DNA from: Xanthomonas campestris pv. campestris str. ATCC 33913
GTDB lineage: Bacteria; Pseudomonadota; Gammaproteobacteria; Xanthomonadales; Xanthomonadaceae
Length of the DNA stretch: 32,000 nucleotides
Assembly: GCF_000007145.1 (NCBI RefSeq)
Contig: NC_003902.1
Coordinates: forward strand, 2,666,497 to 2,698,496
Reading direction: 5' to 3'
The notes under the pieces are model-generated. The model saw only the letters and a program-made list of their open reading frames with translations, was not told where the DNA came from and did no database searches. Of the stretch, positions 8,055 to 15,243 are shown piece by piece. Within the stretch, counting starts at the first letter, position 1. Each line of letters opens with the position of its first letter. A program made the translations under genes and the position numbers.

Positions 8055-10172
8055 TCAGCCCGCCGCGATCAGCTTGACCATGTCAGCCGGGCTCAGTGGG
8101 CGGCTGAACCAGTAGCCCTGGCCCAGGTCGCAGCCGCGGTCGCGCAACAGGTTGAACTGCGCTTCCTGCTCGATGCCCTCGGCCACCACGGTGATCCCCA
8201 GCGAATGCGCCATGCCGATGATGGCCGTGGTCAGGGCCAGGTCGTCGGGGTCGCGCTGCAGGTCGGCGATGAAGCTCTTGTCGATCTTGACGCCATCCAC
8301 CGGCACCTGACGCAGATGGCTCAGGCCGGAGAAGCCGGTGCCGAAATCGTCCAGCCACACCTTCACCCCGGTGCGGTGCAATTGATCGAGCAGGCTTGCA
8401 GCCATCATCTCGTCGCCGATCACCGCGGTCTCGGTGAGCTCCAGATGCAGGCGCGCGGCCGGCAGGCCGGATTCGGCCAGGCACTCGGCCACGGTGTCGA
8501 TCAGGTCGCCACTGCGCAGCTGGCGCGGCGAGACGTTGACCGAAATGAACAAGCCCTCGCCCACCACCGGCCATTTGGCCGCTTCCAGGCAGGCCGCACG
8601 CAGCACCTTGGGCCCGATCACTTCGATCAGCCCACTCTGCTCTGCAATATCAATGAACGTGGACGGCGGAATCGTGCCCAACGCCGGGTGCTGCCAGCGC
8701 AGCAACACTTCCACGCCCACCAGCACGCGGTCGCTGGTGCGGTAGATCGGCTGATAGACCAGGCGTAATTCGTCGCGCTCCCAGGCACCGCGCAACTCGT
8801 GTTCCATGTGCACGCGGCGCTCCACCGCATGGTCGGCTGCGCGGCTGTAGAACCGGTGGCAGTTCTTGCCGGCCACCTTGGCCTGGTACATCGCGATGTC
8901 GCCGTTTTTCAGCAGCGCCGTGGCGTCGTTGGCATCGTCCGGGAACAAGGTGATGCCGATCGACGTGCCCAAAAACACCTCGCGTCCCTGCACGTTCAAC
9001 GGGCGGCTCAACTCATGCACCAGGCGGTCGGCCAGCTGCGCGGCGAGCAAGGTCACATCGCCACTCTGCAGCAGGATCACGAACTCGTCGCCGCCAAACC
9101 GCGCCAGGATGGCGTCATCGCCGCCCAGTGCCGCCACCGCACGGCTGATGCGGCTGGAGAACTGCAGCAGCGCCTCGTCGCCGGCCTCGTGGCCCAGGGT
9201 GTCGTTGACCCGTTTGAAGTCGTCGATGTCGGCGAACAACAGCGCCAGCTTGCTGTCGGTACTGCGTGCGGTGTGCAGCAGATGGTCCAGGCCTTCGCGG
9301 AAGCCCAGGCGGTTGGTCAGCCCGGTCAGCGCGTCGGTGTAGGCCATGTGGCGCACCTCGCGATCGTGCCGGGCAATGCTTTCGCTCATGCGCCCGAACG
9401 CGGAAATCAGCTCGCCGATTTCGTCATTGCGCGGATGCGGCGGCAGCTGCACCAGATAGTCGCCACGTTCGATCTGCCGCGCCGCCGCCGCCAGCAGGCG
9501 CACCGGCGCGACCAGCGTGCGTTGCACATAGATGGCCAGCAGGATTCCTAGCGCCACCAGCGCTGCCAGCAGTACCAGCAGCCAGCCCAGATCGCGCTTG
9601 CCGATCGCATTGAGATTCTGCACCAGGGTGAGGTTGGCGCTGGATTCGATCTTGCGCACGCGCTCGCGCGACATGCCCACCCGCACGCCGCCGATGCGCT
9701 GGTCGCCGACCTTGATCGGCACCGTCACATCCAGCACTTCCGGCGAAGACTGCAACAGCAGGGCCGGCGCGGCGATCGCCTTGGCAGCGAGCGGGTCCTG
9801 CATGGGCTGGCCATAGCCCTGCAGCGTGGCGCTGCCGTCGTGCACCAGCCGGCCGCGGCGGTCGAACACCCGCACGTAGCTCACCACCTGCTGGCGCGAG
9901 GCGTTGCGCACCAGCGCGCCCACCGCCGCCAGATCCGAGTAGTACAGCGGGTTGGCCAGGCCCGAGGCCAGCTCGGTGGCCAGGGTCTCGCCACGCGTGC
10001 GCAGGCTGCGGTCGAACAACTCATGCAGGATCTGCGCGCTCAGGCTGCGCACCTCGCGCTGCATCGAACTTTGCCGCTGCAACAGCGAGGCCAGGATGGC
10101 GCCGACCAGCAACAGCGTCAGCGCCATCACCAGCAGGAACCGGGCCTGCAATCCAAAGCGCACCTGCGTCAT
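8055..10172 (-). CDS. Membrane sensor diguanylate cyclase/phosphodiesterase (TM - periplasmic domain - TM - HAMP - GGDEF - EAL)
   Basis: The ATG at 10172 (MTQVRFGLQARFLLVMALTLLLVG) overlaps the upstream stop as ATGA. A second TM segment is WLLVLLAALVALGILLAIYV, and the HAMP region contains DEIGELISAFGRM. The GGDEF motif is intact (RFGGDEFVILL). EAL-domain motifs are EVLLRW, DDFGTGFSGL and EGIEQEAQ. The ORF-track start at 10457 was rejected. Confidence 0.9.
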   Translation of the reverse strand: MTQVRFGLQARFLLVMALTLLLVGAILASLLQRQSSMQREVRSLSAQILHELFDRSLRTRGETLATELASGLANPLYYSDLAAVGALVRNASRQQVVSYVRVFDRRGRLVHDGSATLQGYGQPMQDPLAAKAIAAPALLLQSSPEVLDVTVPIKVGDQRIGGVRVGMSRERVRKIESSANLTLVQNLNAIGKRDLGWLLVLLAALVALGILLAIYVQRTLVAPVRLLAAAARQIERGDYLVQLPPHPRNDEIGELISAFGRMSESIARHDREVRHMAYTDALTGLTNRLGFREGLDHLLHTARSTDSKLALLFADIDDFKRVNDTLGHEAGDEALLQFSSRISRAVAALGGDDAILARFGGDEFVILLQSGDVTLLAAQLADRLVHELSRPLNVQGREVFLGTSIGITLFPDDANDATALLKNGDIAMYQAKVAGKNCHRFYSRAADHAVERRVHMEHELRGAWERDELRLVYQPIYRTSDRVLVGVEVLLRWQHPALGTIPPSTFIDIAEQSGLIEVIGPKVLRAACLEAAKWPVVGEGLFISVNVSPRQLRSGDLIDTVAECLAESGLPAARLHLELTETAVIGDEMMAASLLDQLHRTGVKVWLDDFGTGFSGLSHLRQVPVDGVKIDKSFIADLQRDPDDLALTTAIIGMAHSLGITVVAEGIEQEAQFNLLRDRGCDLGQGYWFSRPLSPADMVKLIAAG

Positions 10173-11086
10173 TCCACCTGGGTCCTGACCTGTTGCAGCC
10201 CATTGCGCAACGCCTCCAGGCGCGCGCGGCTGGGCGCGTCCACGGGATGGAACGCCGTGGTGCCGAAAAAGCGCTTCAACGCCGGGCCGGCCTGTGGGTC
10301 GGCGGCGGCCTGCAGCAGCACCGCGCGCAGGCGCCTCTCCACCGCCGGATCGATGCCGGTACGCACCATCTCCACCGCGCGCGGCACCGGCGCACTGCGG
10401 TGCACGATGCGGAACTCGCGCTTGAACGTGGGCGGCAGGTGGCGCTCGTCGTCCCAATCGAGGTTGCTGAAGGCGCCGGCGTCGATTAGCCGTTTGTGCA
10501 CGAAGGCGGCGATGTTCAACTTCGAGCCGACCAACAGGTAACCCACCGAACCGAGCACCTGGGTATCGTCGGGCGACAGCAGCACATCGCAGGCCAGGCC
10601 ATTGCGCACCAGCTCCAGCATCGGCACCAGGTAGCCACTGGTGGACGAGGCGTTCTGCAGCGCCAGGGTGTGGCCACGCAACTGCGCCAGCGAACGGATC
10701 GGGCTGTCGCGCCGCACGAAAAACACGGTGTGGAAGTCGCGCACCCCGCTACGTTCGGTCATCAACAATGGATGTGCGCTGCCGCGCTGCTCCAGCAGCA
10801 TCGCCGCACCGGCGGTTTCGCTGACCCAGTCCACCCGGCCACGGCGCAGGTAACTGGCCATCTGGCGCGCATCCGGCGCCATCAGGATCTCGCCACTGCG
10901 GATGCCGACCCCGCGCATGCGCGGCACCACATAGTCCAGCAGCGGCTTGAGTTGATCGTAATGGGTGGCCGGATCATCGCTGATACGCCCCAGAACCAGG
11001 ACCGAAGAAGGCGCTGCCGCAGCCGTCGCGGCGAAACTTGCGCAGGCCAGCAGCCACGCAATCAGACAGCATCGTAGACCGCGCAA
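10169..11086 (-). CDS. Periplasmic substrate-binding protein, phosphate/phosphite/phosphonate (PhnD-like) family, with no adjacent transporter genes
   Basis: The TTG start at 11086 is preceded by GGGGAG at 8-nt spacing. It has a signal-like N-terminus (LRCCLIAWLLACASFAATAAAAPSS). The overall pattern (YDQLKPLLDYV, TSGYLVP, FRIVHRSAPVPRAVEMVR) fits PhnD-type binding proteins by my recognition. The stop overlaps the downstream ATG. Confidence 0.75.
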   Translation of the reverse strand: MRGLRCCLIAWLLACASFAATAAAAPSSVLVLGRISDDPATHYDQLKPLLDYVVPRMRGVGIRSGEILMAPDARQMASYLRRGRVDWVSETAGAAMLLEQRGSAHPLLMTERSGVRDFHTVFFVRRDSPIRSLAQLRGHTLALQNASSTSGYLVPMLELVRNGLACDVLLSPDDTQVLGSVGYLLVGSKLNIAAFVHKRLIDAGAFSNLDWDDERHLPPTFKREFRIVHRSAPVPRAVEMVRTGIDPAVERRLRAVLLQAAADPQAGPALKRFFGTTAFHPVDAPSRARLEALRNGLQQVRTQVE

Positions 11087-11146
11087 ACCAGCTACTCCCC
11101 TAGAGTCGCCGACACCTTAGCCGAATCTTCCAGGTTGTGACAGCCG

Positions 11147-11923
11147 TCAGGTTCCGGCCTGGCGCGCCAGCCCCGCCATGCGCTGGGCATCGGCCAGGAT
11201 GCCGCGCAGCAGACGCACTTCCTGCTCGGTCATTTCCGCGCGCAGCAGCAGCCGACGCAACTTGCGCATTGCCGAATCCGGCGCACGGCCCTTATGGAAG
11301 TCGATCTCGTCCAGGGTCTGGCCCAGTTGGCCGAACAACCCTTCCATCTGCGCATGGCTGGCCGGCAGCTCACGTGGGCCAGCGCTGTCCGCGGCCGGCG
11401 CGGCCGGTGCGGCGGGCGTGGCCTCTGCCGCAAGCTGTGCCAGGCGCATCTCGTAAGCCAGCACCTGCACCGCCGAAGCCAGGTTGAGCGAACTGAACTG
11501 CGGGTCGGAGGGGATATGCACGGCCGCATGGCAGAGCTGCAATTCGTCATTGGTCAGCCCGGTGCGCTCGCGCCCGAACACGATCGCCACCTCGGCCGGT
11601 TCGGCCGCCTTGGCCCAGGCGCGGCCCGCGCCCACGTCCGGCGCCAACTCTTCCAGCGCTACCCGGCGCGCGCGCGCCGTGCAGCCGATCACCAGCGTGC
11701 AGTCCGCCACCGCCTCGGCCAGCGTCTCGAAGATCGGTGCATCGCTGAGCACGTCTTCGGCGCCAGCAGAGCGGCGGTAGGCATCTTCATCGAGTGCCTT
11801 TTCCGGTGCGACCAACACCAGGCGCGTCAGCCCCATGGTCTTCATCGCGCGCGCGGCGGCGCCGATGTTGCCTGGATGCTGGGTACCGACGAGAACAAAA
11901 CGGATGCGCTGACTGACGGACAT
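11147..11923 (-). CDS. trmJ: tRNA (cytidine/uridine-2'-O)-methyltransferase TrmJ (SpoU family)
   Basis: Motifs are IRFVLVGTQHPGNIGAAARAMKTMG, AIVFGRERTGLTNDEL and SLNLASAVQVLAYE. It is divergent from suhB, as in E. coli. Confidence 0.88.
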   Translation of the reverse strand: MSVSQRIRFVLVGTQHPGNIGAAARAMKTMGLTRLVLVAPEKALDEDAYRRSAGAEDVLSDAPIFETLAEAVADCTLVIGCTARARRVALEELAPDVGAGRAWAKAAEPAEVAIVFGRERTGLTNDELQLCHAAVHIPSDPQFSSLNLASAVQVLAYEMRLAQLAAEATPAAPAAPAADSAGPRELPASHAQMEGLFGQLGQTLDEIDFHKGRAPDSAMRKLRRLLLRAEMTEQEVRLLRGILADAQRMAGLARQAGT

Positions 11924-12039
11924 GAACGGAGATTGGGGAGCAGTTCGACCGTAGATGGTAAACTGCGCAGCCGGCTTTCGCGCCGGACCGCTCTTTTACC
12001 TTCGCCATTTCCGATTCTGCCTTCACGGGAGCTTTAACC

Positions 12040-12873
12040 ATGCAGAAACCCGCCGTCACCGTCATGGTCAAAGCCGCCCGCCTCGCCGGCAATGTGCTGT
12101 TGCGCGGTATCAACAAGCTCGATGCCCTCAACGTGGTGCAGAAGGGCCGCATGGACTACGCCAGCGAAGTCGATGCCGACGCCGAGAAGGTCATCATCAA
12201 GGAACTCAAGCGCGGCTACCCCGAGTATGCCGTGTTCGGCGAAGAAGGCGGCGTGCAGGGCGGCAAGAGTGGCCGCTACACCTGGGTCATCGACCCGCTC
12301 GACGGCACCAGCAACTACCTGCGCGGCTTCCCGCATTACTGCGTGTCGATTGCGCTGGTGGAAAATGGCGAGCCGACCGACGCGGTGATCTTCGACCCGT
12401 TGCGCAACGAGCTGTTCACTGCCAGCCGTGGCGCAGGCGCAGTGCTCAACGATCGCCGTATTCGCATTGCCGAGCGCAAGGATCTGGAAGGCGCGATGGT
12501 CCACACCGGTTTCCCGCCGCGCGAGCGCGCACGCGCCAGCGCCCAGCTCAAGTGCGTGGACGCGCTGCTGGTGCAGGCAGAAGACGTGCGCCGTACCGGC
12601 TCGGCCGCGCTGGACCTGGCCTATGTCGCCTGCGGCCGTGCCGATGCGTATTTCGAAGCCGGCGTCAAAGCCTGGGACATCGCGGCCGGCGTGCTGCTGG
12701 TGCGCGAAGCCGGTGGCCGCGTTTGCGACTACAAGGGCGCCACCCCGCCGCGCATGGACAACATGGGCCCGGAAACGCAGCAGATCGTGGCGGGCAACAT
12801 CAAGATCAGCGACGCACTGCAGAAGGTGATCGTCAACACCGGCTACGCACGCGAATTCGATTCGAAGTTCTGA
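12040..12873 (+). CDS. suhB: Inositol monophosphatase family protein SuhB
   Basis: ATG at 12040 is preceded by ACGGGAG. IMPase motifs are [18 protein letters not shown] and WDIAAG. Confidence 0.92.
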   Translation: MQKPAVTVMVKAARLAGNVLLRGINKLDALNVVQKGRMDYASEVDADAEKVIIKELKRGYPEYAVFGEEGGVQGGKSGRYTWVIDPLDGTSNYLRGFPHYCVSIALVENGEPTDAVIFDPLRNELFTASRGAGAVLNDRRIRIAERKDLEGAMVHTGFPPRERARASAQLKCVDALLVQAEDVRRTGSAALDLAYVACGRADAYFEAGVKAWDIAAGVLLVREAGGRVCDYKGATPPRMDNMGPETQQIVAGNIKISDALQKVIVNTGYAREFDSKF

Positions 12874-12979
12874 CCGGCACCCGGGCAATCGTAGGAGCGC
12901 GCTCGCGCGCGACGGAGCTTTCCCGAGTAACGCCTCCTCGCGACCAAGGTCGCTCCTACACGACAGACCGCAATAAACG

Positions 12980-13009
12980 AAGAAGGCCGGGATCGCTCCC
13001 GGCCTTCTT
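12980..13009. terminator. Hairpin with 13-bp perfect stem (repeat copy 1), candidate terminator downstream of suhB
   Basis: The structure is aagaaggccggga tcgc tcccggccttctt. On the minus strand it is followed by cgtttattg, and on the plus strand by gcgtta. A near-identical hairpin with one stem mismatch lies at 13169-13198. Confidence 0.5.
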
Positions 13010-13355
13010 GCGTTACAGCGTGAACGCTGGCTACTCACCTACATTCGCCAACACATTTTAATCAGCGCTCCGGCAATCGTAGGAGCGCGCTCGCGCGCGA
13101 TGGAGCCTCCCCGGAGTAACGCCTCCTCGCGACCAAGGTCGCTCCTACACGACAGACCGCACCAAACGAAGAAGGCCGGGATCGCTCCCCGCCTTCTTGC
13201 GTTACAGCGTGAACGCTGGCTACTCACCTACATTCGCCAACACATTTTAATCAGCGCTCCGGCAATCGTAGGAGCGCGCTCGCGCGCGATGAAGCTTTCC
13301 CGAGGAACGCCTCGTCGCGACCAAGGTCGCTCCTACGCGACAGACCGCAGCAAAC

Positions 13356-13385
13356 AAGAAGGCCGGGATCGCTCCCGGCCTTCTT
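13356..13385 (-). terminator. Hairpin with 13-bp perfect stem (repeat copy 3), candidate sodA terminator
   Basis: It has the same aagaaggccggga/tcccggccttctt stem. It lies 23 nt downstream of the sodA stop on the minus strand and is followed there by gtttgctg. Confidence 0.55.
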
Positions 13386-13407
13386 GCGTTACAGCATCAG
13401 CGCAGAC

Positions 13408-14019
13408 TCAGGCGATCGCGGCGTGGTAACGGCGCTCGACTTCGTCCCAGTTCACCACGTTGTAGAACGCGCCGATGTAGTCCGGGCGACGGTTCTGATA
13501 CTTCAGGTAATAGGCGTGTTCCCACACGTCCAGGCCCAGGATCGGCGTGTTGCCTTCGAACAGCGGGCTGTCCTGGTTGGCGGTGCTTTCGACCACGACC
13601 TTCTTGTCCGGGGTGACGCTCAACCATGCCCAGCCCGAACCGAAACGGCTCAGCGCGGCCTTGGTGAAGGCTTCCTTGAACTTCTCGAAACCGCCGATGT
13701 CCTTGTCGATCGCCTTGGCGACCTCGCCCTTGGGCTCGCCGCCGCCGTTGGGGGACATCACGGTCCAGAACAGCGAATGGTTGGCATGGCCACCACCGTT
13801 GTTACGCACCGGGCCCTGCAGGTTTTCCGGCAGGCTCTTCAACTTGGAGACCAGCTCCTCAACCGGCAGGTCGGCGTACTCGGTCCCTTCCAGCGCCGCA
13901 TTGACGTTGTTGATGTAGGTCTGGTGATGCTTGGTGTGATGGATTTCCATCGTCTGCGCATCGATGTTCGGTTCCAGCGCGTCGTAAGCGTAGGGCAACT
14001 GCGGAAGGGTATAAGCCAT
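13408..14019 (-). CDS. sodA: Superoxide dismutase, Mn type
   Basis: The product is 203 aa starting [32 protein letters not shown], and AGGAG precedes the ATG. The metal ligand context includes [11 protein letters not shown] and DVWEHAYYL. The Gln in STANQDSP is typical of Mn-specific enzymes. Confidence 0.95.
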   Translation of the reverse strand: MAYTLPQLPYAYDALEPNIDAQTMEIHHTKHHQTYINNVNAALEGTEYADLPVEELVSKLKSLPENLQGPVRNNGGGHANHSLFWTVMSPNGGGEPKGEVAKAIDKDIGGFEKFKEAFTKAALSRFGSGWAWLSVTPDKKVVVESTANQDSPLFEGNTPILGLDVWEHAYYLKYQNRRPDYIGAFYNVVNWDEVERRYHAAIA

Positions 14020-14305
14020 GAGGGTCTCCTGGACTTGCCGCCCGGCAAAAGACCGGGCGTTGCGGGGTAGATGGTAAGGACCTGGACTGCGCTTACCAAG
14101 GGTGAGGCGAGGGAAACTTCATCCCATCACCTGCGCAGTGCCGCAGTTCCTCGGCTGCACACCTTGCACCATGCCCCGGTTACTTCGGCGTGAACCGGGC
14201 GTGCCCTTCCCCGCCGCCACGTTCAAAGTCGACACAGTCGCGCGACGGCATACTTGGTCTCTCATCCGCCATGGCTGCGGTTGCCTCTTTCGCTTCGGAC
14301 CACCC

Positions 14306-14755
14306 ATGCGCAAACCCGCCTTGCTGATCGTCGCCATCGTCCTGCTTGTGGCCGGGCTCTGGGTCATGCGTGTCGTGCAGACGCCCAAGCCGCAGTTCGC
14401 CCCGCAACTGTCGGCACCTGTGGCTGCCGCACCAGCCGTAACGTCGGCGCGCCAGGTGCCGCGGCTGCCGGCATTCCTGCCGACCGAAGCCATGGCAACC
14501 ATCGTGTTGATACAACGCGGCGGGCCGTTTCCGTATCCGCAGGACGGCGCGGTGTTCGGCAATCGTGAGCAGCGGCTGCCGGAACGGCCGCGCGGCTATT
14601 ACCACGAGTACACCGTGGACACGCCCGGCAGCGCAGATCGCGGCGCACGCCGGATCGTCACCGGCGGCACGCCGCCGCAGAGCTGGTACTACAGCGACGA
14701 TCACTACGCCAATTTCAAATCCTTCCAGGGCCCCACCCCGGAGCAGGCACCATGA
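14306..14755 (+). CDS. Exported guanyl-specific ribonuclease of the RNase Sa/barnase (N1/T1) family
   Basis: The ATG at 14306 gives MRKPALLIVAIVLLVAGLWVMRV, a signal or anchor segment. The C-terminal domain aligns by eye to RNase Sa (GGPFPYPQDGAVFGNREQRLP, YYHEYTVDTPG, DRGARRIV, YYSDDHYANF). The catalytic Glu (NRE), Arg and His (DHY) are retained. Confidence 0.88.
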   Translation: MRKPALLIVAIVLLVAGLWVMRVVQTPKPQFAPQLSAPVAAAPAVTSARQVPRLPAFLPTEAMATIVLIQRGGPFPYPQDGAVFGNREQRLPERPRGYYHEYTVDTPGSADRGARRIVTGGTPPQSWYYSDDHYANFKSFQGPTPEQAP

Positions 14756-15177
14756 GTGCAGGCGACTTTGCGCTGGATCTATCCGACCCACAGCAGTCCG
14801 GCGTGTATAAGGCGCAGACCCAGGACCTGGACACCATGGCCGCCCTGGCACGCGATGCCGGGCTGCGCATCCTGCGGGTGGATTTGGCGGCCTGCGCCGA
14901 CAAACGCACCCTGCTGATGCGCCTGGCAATCCAGCTCGATTTCCCGCCTGGTTTTGGTCGTAATTGGGACGCGTTGAGCGATGCCCTGCGCGATCTCAGC
15001 TGGCTGCCGGCACCACGCGGCTACGCGCTGTTGCTCGATGGTGCCGATGCATTGGCCACCCACGCACCGGCCGACCGCGACAGCCTGCTCGACATCCTCG
15101 ACGAAGCTGCCACCGCCTGGGCGGCGCGCGGACGCAGCTTTGCCGCCTTCGTCGCGCCGGCAAGCGCCTGCGACTGA
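14752..15177 (+). CDS. Barstar-family ribonuclease inhibitor
   Basis: The ATG at 14752 overlaps the RNase TGA (catga at 14751-14755). The core FPPGFGRNWDALSDALRDL matches the barstar inhibitory helix (YYGENLDALWDCL), including the key Asp. Confidence 0.85.
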   Translation: MSAGDFALDLSDPQQSGVYKAQTQDLDTMAALARDAGLRILRVDLAACADKRTLLMRLAIQLDFPPGFGRNWDALSDALRDLSWLPAPRGYALLLDGADALATHAPADRDSLLDILDEAATAWAARGRSFAAFVAPASACD

Positions 15178-15243
15178 CGCGCAAGACAGCTGCTACGCCG
15201 ACGCAGCACGTGCGTGTCGGCGTCACCTGCCCCGCACACTTGT

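Larger units (their letters stand above)
12884..13395. repeat. Tandem repeat of 188-189 bp, about 2.7 copies; each unit is an inverted REP pair plus a 13-bp hairpin plus an AT-richer spacer
   Basis: gtaggagcgcgctcgcgcgcga recurs at 12891, 13079 and 13268, giving periods of 188 and 189 bp. The copies are near-identical and differ by scattered substitutions. Copy 3 breaks off after gttacagc at 13395, just before the sodA stop. Confidence 0.92.

Noticed and set aside
8055-10457. The ORF track gives long N-terminal extensions for several genes: 800 aa for the GGDEF-EAL gene, 6092..6799 for efp, 5241..6344 for the lipoprotein, 3138..4004 for ubiG, 19363..21018 for selO, 25576..27822 for fimX-like, and 14102..14755 for the RNase.
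   Set aside because: The extensions overlap the upstream gene or run through intergenic repeats, and they are Arg/Pro-rich. Internal ATG/GTG codons give family-typical N-termini, often with a Shine-Dalgarno motif or an ATGA overlap.
13039-13227. A 62-aa ORF (MSSQRSRCNARRRGAIPAFFVW...) is duplicated almost exactly at the start of ORF 12034..13038.
   Set aside because: The duplication is a by-product of the 188-bp tandem repeat. The reading frame runs through the terminator hairpin and REP palindromes, and there is no Shine-Dalgarno motif.
12884-13395. I considered whether the tandem array could be a CRISPR array.
   Set aside because: The repeat unit is about 188 bp with no unique spacers between short repeats. 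The whole unit is repeated, and no cas genes are nearby.
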